From Octopus vulgaris (Eukaryota), in assembly GCA_951406725.2 (NCBI GenBank), contig OX597839.1, positions 33,480,001 through 33,544,000 on the forward strand: 64,000 bases of DNA. The letters are read 5' to 3'. The first letter of the stretch is position 1. Every line of letters begins with the position of its first letter. A model generated the notes under the pieces. The model did no database searches and was not told the origin of the DNA. It was given only the letters and a program-made list of their open reading frames with translations. Of the stretch, positions 12,386 through 27,662 are shown in pieces. The translations under genes and the position numbers were made by a program.

Positions 12386-13211
12386 TTTTTATTTCTGTAA
12401 AGGCAAGAAAGCTGCTGGAGCTCACAAAGAGATATGTAAAGTTTATGATGTTGATTCCTTAAAAGAACGCACGTTTGGGAAATAGTTTAGAAAATTCCGT
12501 TTAGGAGATTTTTCACTCAAAGGTGACCAACGTTCTGGTCGACTTACTGAAGCTGATGATGACGGAATCAAAGAAGCCATAATTGAATCTGTGATATAAA
12601 TGTGCGAGAGATTGCAGAGAAGTTAAAATGTATCACATACAACAATTGAAAATCATTTTTAAATGTCTTGGACTCGTTGAAAAGCTCGATAATTGAAGGA
12701 GATTCACTTATCACAACGAATCAATATTTACGATATGCGTCTCAAACGCAATGAAACCGACCGTTTTTCGAAACGAATCATCATTGATGATGAAAAATGG
12801 ATTGTCTAGAATAACATCAATCGAGAACGATCGCGGTCCAAGCGTAATGAAACAGCATAAGCCACATCGAAAGCTGAATTGCATGAAAAAAGGTCGTCAA
12901 GCTGTGAATTTGCTGGGATTACAGAAATGTTGTGTGTTTTGAGCTGCTTCAAAGGAGCCAAATAATCAATTCAGATGTTTACTGTCAACAACTAATGAAA
13001 CTGGAGGAAGCAATCAAAGATAAACGGCCAGAAATGGCAAATCGTAAAGGAATCGTATTCCACCATGACAACGCTAGACCACACACGTCTTTGCTAACTC
13101 GTGAAATGTTATTGGAGCTTGGTTGAGAAGTGATGTCACGTGTACTATATAGCCCTGGTCTTGCACCATCAGATTATTTATTTCGAAGTTTGCAAAATTC
13201 TTTGAATGGTA

Positions 13212-13215
<4 letters not shown>
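12386..13215 (+). pseudogene. mariner (DD34D) transposase pseudogene
   Basis: FYFCKGKKAAGAHKEICKVY; FRLGDFSLK..RSGR; DEKWIV; INSDVYCQQL; HHDNARPH; YSPGLAPSDYLFRSLQN; several stops and frameshifts. Confidence 0.92.
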
Positions 13216-13257
<42 letters not shown>

Positions 13258-13470
13258 TATAGCTGTAGAAATGAGTTGCGACGTCACTGGTGCCAAGCTG
13301 TATCGACCTTTGTCTTTCCCTTGGATAACACTGGTGGCGTGGAGAGGGGAGGCTGGTATGCATGGGCGACTGCTGGTCTTCCATAAAGAACCTTGCCCGG
13401 ACTTGTGTCTAGGAGGGTAACTTTCTAGGTGCAATCCCATGGTCATTCATGACCGAAGTGGGTCTTTACC
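13258..13470 (+). mobile_element. SINE family D 3' part in TA tract
   Basis: Homologous to 5155-5360. Confidence 0.8.
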
Positions 13471-13523
<53 letters not shown>

Positions 13524-13534
<11 letters not shown>

Positions 13535-13588
13535 ATTTAGGGTAAAAATTGATAAAAAATCAATTTTTACCCTAAATTTAATTTTATA
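13524..13588. repeat. Perfect hairpin, 30-bp arms, 5-nt loop
   Basis: TATAAAATTAAATTTAGGGTAAAAATTGAT-AAAAA-ATCAATTTTTACCCTAAATTTAATTTTATA. Confidence 0.95.
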
Positions 13589-13992
13589 AATATTTGTTCT
13601 CTAACCGATAAATTAACTGCTGCTAACTATTAGCTGCAGGCTAGTTTTCTCGGGTCTCATCGCACCAAAGTAAAGGCATTTGAAATATATATTTCAAATG
13701 TAATAAGCCGGACTCCATGCACGCGATATTTTGGTGTCGTGTTGGCATTTAGTCCAGCAAATTACATTTCATATGGGACCATGCTGATGATGCTGCACTT
13801 TTCCTTGCGGAAAATAACAGCTGAAACTAAATTTAGTACATGGGTAAATATTTATTTAGTATATTTTTCACTTGTTTATTGCTTTGGTTTTATTGAGTTT
13901 GATCTGAGAACATAGACTTTTTGTGGAGAATGGCGATTTGACGTCTATATCTAGCATGTTGACTGTCCACTTTTCGTGTGCAGTCCTTAATT

Positions 13993-14046
<54 letters not shown>

Positions 14047-14329
14047 GTTTATATATATGTATATATATATATATATATACACATATATATATACACATAT
14101 ATATATATACATATATATAAACATACATTTATATATATATGTATATATATGAATTTACATAATATGAATACACTAAACGAACATAAGCACCACTTCATAG
14201 GGCACTGGGAGGCTTATCAAGTAGAAACATGTGTTGGATTGGAATTTAATGAGAATAATAAACAAATTTTGAAGATGTAGAATTTATATATATATATGCA
14301 TATATATATATATATATATATATACATAC

Positions 14330-14384
<55 letters not shown>

Positions 14385-14470
14385 TAAGGGTAGAAATTGA
14401 TATTTATCAATTAAGACCAGTGGTCTAGCATATTAAAAAAAGAATCCGAAGATTAAAATATTTATATATA

Positions 14471-14686
14471 CCAATTAAGGACTGAACACGAAAAGTGGAC
14501 AGTCAACATGCTAGATATAGACGTCAAATCGCCATTCACCACAAAAGATTATGTTCTCAGATCAAACTCAACACAAACAGTTTGTGTTGAGTTTGATCTG
14601 AGAACATAATCTTTTGTGGTGAATGGCGATTTGACGTCTATATCTAGCATGATGACTGTCCACTTTTCGTGTTCAGTCCTTAATTG

Positions 14687-14687
<1 letters not shown>
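14471..14687. repeat. Palindrome, 108-bp arms, 1-nt centre, one mismatch
   Basis: Centre AAAC-A-GTTT at 14579; TA tracts on both sides; unfolded single-arm copy at 13891-13995. Confidence 0.95.
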
Positions 14688-14763
<76 letters not shown>

Positions 14764-14831
14764 GGTCCCGGGTTGATTCGGGGTTAACCACAGTAAGTAA
14801 GGTACTCAATACATAGCAGAGTAAAATTAAT

Positions 14832-14948
14832 TTATTATATAGAAGGAGCTTCTACAGGACTAGTACTGTTTCATTCAAGAGAAATCTTCAGGAAGATTTC
14901 TCTTGAATGAAACAGTACTAGTCCTGTAGAAGCTCCTTCTATATAATA

Positions 14949-14949
<1 letters not shown>
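14832..14949. repeat. Perfect palindrome, 58-bp arms, centred on a hammerhead core
   Basis: Centre CTTC-AG-GAAG; minus strand 14891-14858 reads CTGAAGA-TTTC-TCTT-GAAT-GAAAC-AGTACTA-GTC. Confidence 0.9.
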
Positions 14950-14998
<49 letters not shown>

Positions 14999-15030
14999 TG
15001 ATTGATTGATTCCAGTTCCATATGAGCTGT

Positions 15031-15073
<43 letters not shown>

Positions 15074-15699
15074 ATATATATATATATATATATTTATGCT
15101 AATTTACTTAATTGTAAGATAGATAAATAGAGAGAGACAGAGAGAGACAGAGAGACAGAGAGAGTGATGCATGGCATTGTGCATGCAGAGATGCTTAGAG
15201 GTATTTATTGCAAGCATTTACATGGAACACGTATCGTTCCACATGAATGCACAAAGAGCTATAAAACCAGCGAAGCGCACACACAGCACGCTTACATTCC
15301 TGCAACGATGTAAACACCCAAACATTTCGCGTGTGCACACTCGCACAGGCGCGCACACACATACACGTGCACACGAATATATACGCGCCGATATACATAC
15401 ATCTATATATATATATATATACATATATAAAATTCATATTCACACAGATGATGCACACTAAAAGTACACATACATGTAAGCTGTGTGCATGGAGAGAGGT
15501 TATATGACACATAGATATTATTCATGTACGGATGCATATTTATGTGTGCAGCTGTCATAAGCAATCGCAACAACAACAACAACAACAACAACAGCGGCAT
15601 CACAACAACAACGAGAAAAACACCAATGACATCGTCAACAAGAACAACCATAGTAACGATTGTAACAACAACAACGACAAACAGCAATAACATTGATAG

Positions 15700-15859
15700 C
15701 AATGTCATGGTTCCACGTTCGGTCCCACGGCGTGGCGCCTTAGGGATATGTCTTCTAAGAAAGCAGTTGGTTCCAACCTTTCCTCTACCAAGGACCTCTT
15801 GCACTTAAATGAGTTTTCCCACGGACCTCTTATATCTAAATGAATTTTCCTTACGTATG

Positions 15860-15899
<40 letters not shown>

Positions 15900-16198
15900 T
15901 ATGTATATGTATGTATACATATACATATATAAATATATATATGTATATGTATATATATATGTGTGTGGATGGGTATGTTGGTGTGTCTGTGTTTGTCTCC
16001 GCCACCATTGCTCGACAACCGATGCTGGTGTGCTTACGTCCTCGTAACTTAGCGGTTCGACAAAGGAGACCGGTAGAATAAGTACTAGGCTTACAAAAGA
16101 ATAAGTCCTGGGGTCGATTTGTTCGACTAAAGGCGGTGCTCCAGCATGGCCACAGTCAAATGAATGACACAAGTAAAAAAAGTTATATGTATATATAC

Positions 16199-16262
<64 letters not shown>

Positions 16263-16608
16263 GTTTGAATTTAGTTCAAATACCCCACCCCCAATAATAA
16301 CCTTTGCGGATCCCAGGTTGGGAACCATTGTACTAAGGCATTGGGCTGAGCAAAGCCTTGTGAGTAGATTTGGAAGATGGAAACTGAAAGAATCCCGTCC
16401 TATATATATGTACATGTGTGTGTATATTTGTGTTTGTTTGACTCACATCACTGCTTGACAATCAGTGTTGGTGTGTTTACGTCCCTTCTAACTTAACGCT
16501 TCAGCAAAAGAGGGCTGATAAAATAAGTGGAAATTTTTGAAAAATAAAAAATAAGAAAATGGCGGTGCCCCAGCATGGCCAAAGCTCGTGAGCTGAAACT
16601 AGATCAAA

Positions 16609-16639
<31 letters not shown>

Positions 16640-16735
16640 GAACAAAAAAAAGGGACCAAAATTACTGGTGTTTGATTTGTTCGACTAAAAATGCTTCGGT
16701 GCGGTGCTCCAGCATGGCCGCAGTCTAATGACTGA
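15700..16735 (+). mobile_element. Cluster of fragmentary family A SINEs
   Basis: Head fragment 15705-15760, 3' half 15960-16180, older copy 16330-16600, tail 16665-16735. Confidence 0.75.
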
Positions 16736-17319
16736 ATCGGGTGAAAGAAGAATAGAGAACGACATAAAGAAGAAGAAGAACAACAACATAATGAACAACA
16801 AGTGCAACTGCAGCATCAGCAGCAGCAGCAGCATCAGCAGCATCAACAAAGACAACAGCAACAACAACAGCAGCAACAAAAAGCAAAAAACAGAAGAGCA
16901 GCAGCAGCAGCAGAGATAAAACACAATGACATCAGCAGCGTGGAAAATGAGAAATTAGCGAGAGTTATCACGAAATCCCGCGAGCATACACAACACACAC
17001 ATACATACACAAACATACACACACACAGCACGTACACACACAAACACATACACACACACACACACACATACACACACACAAACACATACACACACACGCG
17101 CGCGCGCGCGCACGCACACACACACACACACAAACACATACACACACACACACAAACACATACACACACACACACAGCAGGTACACAAATACAAACACAC
17201 ACACATACACACACACGCACACATACACACATATACACACATACACACACACATACACACATACACACACAAGCACACACACACACACACATACACACAT
17301 ACACACACAAACAAACACA

Positions 17320-17620
17320 CACACACACACACGACACGTACACACACAAACACACGTACAACACGTACATACACACAAATACACACATACATACACACAC
17401 ACACACACACACGACACGTACACACACAAACACACGTACAACACGTACATACACACAAATACACACACACACACACACACACACGACACGTACACACACA
17501 AACACACGTACAACACGTACATACACACAAATACGCACACACACACACACACACACACGACACGTACACACACAAACACACGTACAACACGTACATACAC
17601 ACAAATACACACATACATAC
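17320..17620. repeat. ~70-bp higher-order repeat (x4) inside a CA-rich tract
   Basis: ACACGACACGTACACACACAAACACACGTACAACACGTACATACACACAAATAC repeated four times. Confidence 0.85.
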
Positions 17621-17792
17621 ATACACACAAGAAGTACAACAGTAGATACACAACACAAGTATACACAAATATGTATGTATGTACACATACTGTAAACAAG
17701 TACACAAATACACACACGACGTACATGTACACATGTATGTACATGTATTATGTATGTACATGTATATGTATGTATGTATCTGTCTGTCTCTT

Positions 17793-18349
17793 TGTATGTA
17801 TGTATGTATGTATGTATGTATGTATGTATGTATGTATGTATGTATGTATGTATGTATGTATGTATGTATGTATGTATGTATGTATGTATGTATGTATGTA
17901 TGTATGTATGTATGTATGTATGTATGTATGTATGTATGTATGTATGTATGTATGTATGTATGTATGTATGTATGTATGTATGTATGTATGTATGTATGTA
18001 TGTATGTATGTATGTATGTATGTATGTATGTATGTATGTATGTATGTATGTATGTATGTATGTATGTATGTATGTATGTATGTATGTATGTATGCATGCA
18101 TGTATGTATGTATGTATGTATGTATGTATGTATGTGTGTGTGTATGTATGTATGTATGTATGTATGTATGTATGTATGTATGTATGTATGTATGTATGTA
18201 TGTATGTATGTATGTATGTATGTATGTATGTATGTATGTATGTATGTATGTATGTATGTATGTATGTATGTATGTATGTATGTATGTATGTATGTATGTA
18301 TGTATGTATGTATGTATGTATGTATGTATGTATGTATGTATGTATGTAT
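17793..18349. repeat. (TATG)n microsatellite, about 550 bp
   Basis: Direct inspection. Confidence 0.98.
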
Positions 18350-18803
18350 CTATCGATCGATCTATATATATGGATGCATGTATATAAAGCACATATATGC
18401 ACGAATACACGCATACCTGTACATATACACATCACACACACATAAATATGCATACATACATATATACATGCATATATATATATATATATATATGTATATA
18501 CATACATATGTACATACATATATATATATGTGAGTATGTGTATATATATATATGTATGTATGTGTGCCAAGCATCATATACACATACACACAACATACTC
18601 ATGCACATATACATGTGCATATACATGCATAAGGGCATGCATCGATCAACATATCTAGCTATCTATACACATATACACACATATGCATACATAAACGTAC
18701 TTGAAGAGCGGTGCAAACTCATGAATAAAAGGCACAAATATATACGCATTGATATATATGTATATATATGTATATATATATACACACACACATTCAGAAC
18801 AGA

Positions 18804-18850
<47 letters not shown>

Positions 18851-19263
18851 CACATACACTCTCACAATTGCAGTGATTATCGGAACGCACGTGTAATGTG
18901 AGAGAATTGTTACATGTAAGGTGCGTGTGTGTGTGTGAATAATGATATTTGATATGAAGAAATATATAATCTATTGTTACATATATATGTATGTGTATAT
19001 GAATATATGTATAAGTGTATATATGTCTATATGTATATATATATGCATATATATATATATATATATTTATGTGTTTATATATATATATATATAGATAGAT
19101 ATATGTATATGTATATATCTATATTTGTATATATGTATATGTATATATATTACATATTATATATATATATATACATACATACTTTTATTCTTCGTTTTGT
19201 TCTTTTCATTTATACATTTCAGAGTAATGCTGTGGCCATGCTGGGGCACAGCCAGTATATATA

Positions 19264-19316
<53 letters not shown>

Positions 19317-19405
19317 AGCATATACATATATACATATGTGTATATAAACTTATGCACGTACACACACATACACACATTATATAGATGTATATATGTATGC
19401 ATACA

Positions 19406-19466
<61 letters not shown>

Positions 19467-19956
19467 CATATATATGTGTGTGTGTGTGTGTGTTTGTCCA
19501 GTGCTATCAATGCAAGAGTTCTTAAGATGAGATGAAATTTATGACCAAGCAATAAAAGAACTCAACACTTGAAATAGAGTATATGTGTTATGCATGAGTC
19601 GCAGCCAAAGCTTCTCGATTTCTGCAAGCTGGGCCTATAACTCGTATAGATGGGTGAGCATTTGGCCAATCAGATTCGCAGGGAGCCATGTAAGCGTCGA
19701 TTTTGGGGTTCGATTCAGCCTGCGATTAGCTCATCAATTTTCAGTCATTGTTATGCATTTAAAAAATTGTAGCTGCAAATCGGAGAAATACCATTATGAT
19801 ATATATATTAAAAAGTTTTATATATATATATATATATGAGTATCATTCACAGACACATATATGTTCACGCGCAAAGGCATCTGTAAGCACAGATATGTCA
19901 TTAGTGTTGCCTAGACATGATGCATATGGTTGTATGTACACACAGATCACATGTAA

Positions 19957-20064
<108 letters not shown>

Positions 20065-20151
20065 GCATATATATATATATGCTTATATGTATATGCATAT
20101 ATATATATATATATGTATGTATATGTATTTATGTGTGTGTATATATATATA

Positions 20152-21145
<994 letters not shown>

Positions 21146-21187
21146 GTATATACATATATATATATATATATATATAAATGTATTTAC

Positions 21188-21219
<32 letters not shown>

Positions 21220-21503
21220 GTAGTTTAAACAAAAGAATTTCCCCGACCAGTGATGGATTGGATCTCTCTAGAAAAATCTATCAGTTGTTTTTATTTTCAA
21301 CAATATTGTGTACATTAAGTGATACATACACGCGCGCACACACACATATGTACATACATAAATGTATATACAAACATAGTACATACATATACACATGTAT
21401 ACATATATATATACATACATGCATTTACATATACATAGATACTTGAATGTACTCATGTATACATACATATATATAGATATAGGTACATACATACATATAC
21501 ACA

Positions 21504-21542
<39 letters not shown>

Positions 21543-21616
21543 AGTTATGACGAAGATATATATATATATAATATGTATACATACATATATATAGCTATAC
21601 ATACATACATATATAC

Positions 21617-21650
<34 letters not shown>

Positions 21651-21828
21651 TTATGACGAGGATATATATATATATATATAATATACATATATATATATAT
21701 ATACATTAGGCTTACAATATATATAGTAGGCTTACAAAGAATAAGTCCTGGGATCGATTTGCTCGACTAAAGGCGGTGCACCAGCATGGCCACGTTCAAA
21801 TGACTGAAACAAGTAAAAGAGTTAAAGA

Positions 21829-21895
<67 letters not shown>

Positions 21896-22161
21896 CATAA
21901 ATACATATATATATATATACACATAAATACATATACATACATATATATAGTTATACATGCATGTATGTATGTATGTATGCATGTATGTATTTATGTATGT
22001 ATGTATGTACGTATGTGAGCATGCATATGTATAAAACTGCGCGTGTGTTGTGTGCTGGTGTGTGTTTGTTTGTTTGTGTTTGTGCGTATATCAACGTCAA
22101 CAAAATGCGAAAAATACAAGGAAGAAGAGAAAAACAACGAAAGAAATCGAAAGCAACTTAC

Positions 22162-22450
22162 CATTTCTTCGAATGGAATCACTGGTCGTAGAGAGAAGCG
22201 ACGCAAGCGCGGGAATATCCAGACGATTGTACACTTAGCGTTTACACCCGTTTCTAGCTTGAAGGTGCTGGATATGTGGTGCGAACCGGGGGAGGTGTCG
22301 AGTGCTGCCTCTTTATAACTTCAGACAACGCTGGTATATGACGTGTTGAGTTGATCAGTTTTGATGCTATTGTTGTTGTTGTTGTTGTTGCTTGATCGGC
22401 CAGAGGGCAGGAGCCTTCATGAAGAATTATACAGGAGTACAGCAAACTGC
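22162..22450 (-). other. Candidate 5' exon ending in start codon plus splice donor (GAAGAAATG|GTAAGTTG)
   Basis: Consensus donor at 22161 directly after ATG (22164-22162); unique CpG-containing sequence; in-frame stop upstream; 5' boundary unknown. Confidence 0.35.
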
Positions 22451-22617
22451 TTGATTATTTTTTTGTTGTTTTTTTTTTGTTATTTTATTTTTATTTCTAT
22501 GTAATGTTCCCTGCTTGTTGATGTGTGTTTGTGTTAGTGTAGGTAGATAAAAAAAACTAGACAGACAGACAGACAGATATATAAATAAATAGCTAGGTAG
22601 ATATAAATATGGATAGG

Positions 22618-22729
<112 letters not shown>

Positions 22730-22846
22730 AGGACACACAGACAGACAAATATATTAGATATAACTAGAGAGAGTAAAATAAATATATAGACATGTAGATA
22801 TTAGATTGCTCGGTAGGTAGAGATAGACAGATATAGTTACAGATGC

Positions 22847-22910
<64 letters not shown>

Positions 22911-23801
22911 TGATTGATGGATGGATGAATTTCCTGTGACAACAGGGTACACAAGCCAGCAGGTTGTTGTTGTGATGGAGGAGGTATTAGTGACGGAGGG
23001 GGGTCTGTACTCCTTCTGATCAACAGCGAAACTGATGCAAAGTGGCTTTGCTAGTACTCCTGTCTGTACTCAACGAGGTACGCGTCACAGAAGGTCTGTG
23101 TTCCTACCGTAAAATGCAGTGGGGCCACGCGTGGGGACTGTACTTGTACACATCAAAGTCTTTCAGAATTAAGCTTTGCGTAATTTCCAATGTTCTTCGT
23201 TAAAATTCCTTGATTTAAATTCCTTGCTGCAACAACTGGGGTTGCACTGACCATGCAGGGCGCTCTTAACACATAAACACACATGCACAATAAATATATA
23301 AATATACAAGTATAGACATATGTATATATGTGTGTGTGAGTGTATGTATGTTGTATAGTCAGTATATATACCCGTTTCACACAACGGGTTAGCGTGAGCG
23401 AAGATCGTTGCAAGTTCTAAATATACACACTTTCTTTCAGACAACGTGATATCGCGTTCGATTACTTTGCATTTGTCAGATAACCGGGGTGCTGATAACA
23501 AGCTACCCGAGTGGATGGGACAGCAGTGTGTAGAGGGTGTCAGGCAGGTGCTCGAGTCGATAACAAACTAATGTATTACGGGTGGCACGTGGGATGGCCT
23601 AATGTTTATCTCGCATCTCTCCTTTCTTCTCTATATTTGTGTTGTTCCGTTGCTGCTGTTTAACCCCGAGTCATTCCTGATCCAGCAGACCATATTCCAG
23701 CCACAATCATTCTGCGTTCTTAATTAAATATCTTGTATCTTGAACAAGTGTATCTGGGATTACAATTATTTAATGTATCAACCTTCCACATTTCGCTGTT
23801 T

Positions 23802-23832
<31 letters not shown>

Positions 23833-24102
23833 TTGTCAAGACCAAAACGCGGGAATGTGATGTGAGTTACGGTTTGGTTGTTGTTTTCAGCAGTTCGAGT
23901 TATCAAACAAAGGGCCCCTCGTCGGGACCACGGCATGTAAGGGATACAAACATGGTGGGTGTTAGCGCCTGCGAACCTCCACCCCTTTCTTGAGTGGGAT
24001 GACAGAAGCGGAAAGGAGCGGAGGCACAGGTAAACTTTGGGCCCACGAGATGCAATAAAAAAAAAAGTGCGTTAAGTCTTAAGTCGCTTTCTCTCTCTTC
24101 AA

Positions 24103-24159
<57 letters not shown>

Positions 24160-24477
24160 GCTGCATAGTCTTGGAGCCGGTTTCAATTATCCTTCGAAGC
24201 AGTAGTTTTTCATTTAAGTTGATTGGTAATGTTTGCGAAAGCATTTAAGAAAATGCATGAAGTTGTAGTAGTAGTAGTAGTAGTATTAGTAGCATTATTA
24301 TCATTAGTATTATTGGTTGGAGGAGGAGGAGGAAGAGGGTGGGGAGGGTGGGGATAGGAGCAGTACCAGCGGCGGCAGCAGCAGCAGTAGCAATATGAGA
24401 AGAGTACAATGTGCAGCACCACCCCCGAGTTGGACTGTGATAACAGTGTGACGGTCAGAGATGGTGTAGAATATAGG

Positions 24478-25770
24478 AGAGGTGGTGGTGGTGGTGGTGG
24501 TGGCGGTGGTGGCGGTGGTGGTGGTGGTGGTGGTGGTGGTGGTGGTGGTGGCGGTGGTGGTGGTGGTGGTAAATTATAAATTATAATGATGATGATGATG
24601 ATAAAGATTATGGTGGTGGTGGTGGTCGGAGTTTAATAGTAGTGGTGGCGGTGATGGCGGTGATGGTGATGGTGGTGGTGGTGGTGGTGGTGGTGGTGGT
24701 GGTGGTGGGCGGTGATGTTGGTGGTGGTGGTGGTGGTGGTGGTGGTGGTGGTGGTGGTGGTGGTGGTGGTGGTGGTGGTGGTGGTGGTGGTGATGGCGGT
24801 GATGTTGGTGGTGGTGGTGGTGGTGGTGGTGATGGTGGTGGTGGTGGTGGTGGTGGTGGTGGTGGTGATGGTGATGTTGGTGGTGGTGGTAGTGGCGGTT
24901 ATGTTATGCGATAGTCGGAGGTGAAGTTGGAGGTGGAGGTGGTAAGGTGATGGATCGTGATGAGTGGGGAGGGGGGTGATTGAATGCTAGTAGTAGTAGT
25001 AGTAGTAGTAGTAGTGATGCCGGATGGTGGTGACTCTAAAACTACGATAATGTCGACTTCAAAAGCCTGCCATGATGGTTGGGGAGGTGGGGTGGGGGGT
25101 GGAGAGGAAGAAGTTGGTGGTGGTGGCGGCGGTGGTGGTGGTAGTGGGGAGAGGTAAGAAATGAGCAGGGGCGGGACAGGGGCCGGGGCTGGGCGGGGGC
25201 TGGGCGGGGAAGGACGCGGGGTCGGGGTCTGGGGTGGCGACTTGTAAATAAACGCGAAAATAGCCGTATTAAGAAGAGCTGCGCAAATGAAGGTGGCGGA
25301 GGCGGAGGCGGTGGTGGTGGTGGTGGTGGTGGTGGTGGTGGTGGTGGTGGTGGTGGTGGTGGTGGTGGTGTGGTGGTGGTGGTTGTGGTGGTGGTGGTGG
25401 TGGTGGTGGTTGTGGTGGTGGTTGTGGTGGTGGTGGTGGTGGTTGTGGTGGTGGTGGTGGTGGTGGTGGTGGTGGTGGTGGTGGTGGTGGTGGTGGTTGT
25501 GGTGGTGGTGGTGGTGGTGGTGGTTGTGGTGGTGGTTGTGGTGGTGGTGGTGGTGGTTGTGGTGGTGGTTGTGGTGGTGGTGGTGGTGGTTGTGGTGGTG
25601 GTGGTGGTGGTGGTGGTTGTGGTGGTGGTGGTGGTGGTGGTGGTTGTGGTGGTGGTGGTGGTGGTGGTGGTGGTGGTGGTGGTGGTGGTGGTGGTGGTGG
25701 TGGTTGTGGTGGTGGTGGTGGTGGTGGTGGTTGTGGTGGTGGTGGTGGTGGTGGTGGTGGTGGTGGTTTG
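24478..25770. repeat. (GGT)n tracts flanking a GC-box island
   Basis: Direct inspection; source of the poly-P/V/W/G ORFs. Confidence 0.95.
25165..25262. promoter_or_regulatory. GC-box (Sp/KLF) cluster with forkhead-like and E2F-like sites
   Basis: GGGGCGGG, two GGGCGGGG, GTAAATAAAC and CGCGAAAA. Confidence 0.3.
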
Positions 25771-26889
25771 GTGTCGGCTGCAGTATGTGGTGGTTTAACG
25801 TTGGTTACAGTGTCGGTTACAGTGCTGCGTACGATATACAAAGCGGTAAATAGATCTGCTTTAGTTACCGTGCATGTCTCGATGGTAGCAGCAGCAGCAG
25901 CGGCAGTAGTAACTGCATCAGTGGGGAGGGGTGGGGGGAGTTGCTGCTGTTGCTGCTGCTGTGAACAGGGTAACAGCGAACACACAGACACGGAGAGAGT
26001 GACAGATTATGAAGACGAGCGAGCGAGAGAGAGAGAGAGGGGCGAGAGAGAGTGTGTGAGAGAGAGTGAAAGAAAGAGAGCGAGAGAGGAGATAGATAGA
26101 GGGGGAAAGCGACAGAGAGAAAGGGAGATAGATAGATGGAGAGAAAGAAAGAAAAGAAAGAAAGAGAGAGAGAGGAGAGAGAGAGTGTGTGAGAGAGAGT
26201 GAAAGAAAGAGAGCGAGAGAGGAGATAGATAGAGGGGGAAAGCGACAGAGAGAAAGGGAGATAGATAGATGGAGAGAAAGAAAGAAAAGAAAGAAAGAGA
26301 GAGAGGAGAGAGAGAGAAAGAAAGAGAGAGAGAGGAGAGGAGAGAGAGAGGAGAGGGGGGAAAGCGACAGAGAGAAAGAGAGAGAGAGAGATAGATGGAG
26401 AGAAAGAAGGAAAGAAAGAAAGAAATAAAAGAAAAAAGAGAGAGTGAAAGAAAGAAAAGAAAGAAAGAGTGAGGGGGGAATCGGCAAAGAGAAAGGCAGA
26501 GAGAGAAAGAAATAGAAAAGACAAAAAGATAAAAGAAAAATAAAGATAGGGAGAAAGAAAGAGAAAGAAAGAGAACGAAAGACAGAGAAAAGGAGAAAGA
26601 AAACGAATGAAAGAAAAGGGTTGAAAGAGAGAGATGGAGATGAAGAGAGAAACTAGAACAAAGGAAGAGGGAGAGAAAAACAGAGAGAGAAAGAAAAAAA
26701 GGTAGGAAGAAAGAAGAAAGGGAAAGAAAGAAAAGAAAGGTAGGAAGAAAGAAGGAAGAGAAAGAAAGAAAGAAAGAAAGAAAGAAAAAAAGAAAGGAAA
26801 GGATCGAAAGACAAGAATGATAGAACGAAAAATGGACGGCATTTGGTTTGTTTTTGGGCAATGCATGAACACCTGTGAATTTTGAGGGA

Positions 26890-27100
26890 AGTTGATTGGG
26901 GCTTTTACGGCATGACGTCATGAAAGTAACCCTGCATCCCCACCTCCCCAACCCCACCGGCCGTCAGTTTCCAGGAACGGGAATCGCAACAGGTTCGCAA
27001 CAGGTTCGCAACCAGTCGCCTCGATTTTACAAACAATTTGCGGAGATTTAGTAGAGCAAAGTTTGTGGTAGGATAAGCTGCGTTTGGGCGGGAAGGGAAA
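26890..27100. promoter_or_regulatory. Candidate cis-regulatory cluster: CCAAT, palindromic CRE, STAT, E2F
   Basis: GATTGG ~26894; CATGACGTCATG 26911-26922; TTCCAGGAA ~26969; GGCGGGAA ~27087. Confidence 0.35.
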
Positions 27101-27246
27101 CTTGGTTTTAATTGAGGGTGAGTGTGAGTGTGAGTGGTACTTCATCTTTATGCTGAGGTTGAGTGCAACCTGAACAAAAAAGAAAAAAATAATAATAATT
27201 GACGTTCCGATTGGTGACGGCGACGATGATCGTTCCAGATAATCCG

Positions 27247-27662
27247 TTTCTTTATTACCCACAAGGGGCTAAACATAGAAAGGACAAACAAGGGCAGACA
27301 TAGGTATTAAGTCGATTACATCGACCCCAGTGCGTAACTGGTACTTAATTTATCGACCCCGAAAGGATGAAAGGTAAAGTCGACCTCGGCGGAATTTGAA
27401 CTCACAACGTAACGGCAGAGGAAATACCTATTTCTTTACTACCCACAAGGGGCTAAACACAGAGAGGACAAACAAGGACAGACATGGGTATTAAGTAGAT
27501 TATATCGACCCCAGTGCGTAACTGGTACTTATTTAATCGACCCCGGAAGGATGAAAGGCAAAGTCGACCTCGGCGGAATTTGAACTCACAACGTAACGGC
27601 AGACGAAATAACGCTAAGCATTTCGCCCGGCGTGCTAACGATCCTGCCAGTTCACCGCCTTT
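27247..27662 (-). mobile_element. SINE family B dimer in one 18-bp TSD, nested in an old family C copy
   Basis: TSD ATCGTTCCAGATAATCCG at 27229-27246 and 27663-27680; same junction as the 2012-2605 trimer. Confidence 0.9.

Noticed and set aside
16802-18570. ORFs of up to 575 aa (YIHT/CVCV repeats)
   Set aside because: Stop-free (TATG)n and (CA)n microsatellites
25269-25991. 240-aa poly-Pro/His ORF resembling formin or extensin
   Set aside because: (GGT)n tract, non-ATG start, no domain or splice support
26044-26310. Direct duplication of about 134 bp in a GA-rich tract
   Set aside because: Ordinary slippage in low-complexity DNA
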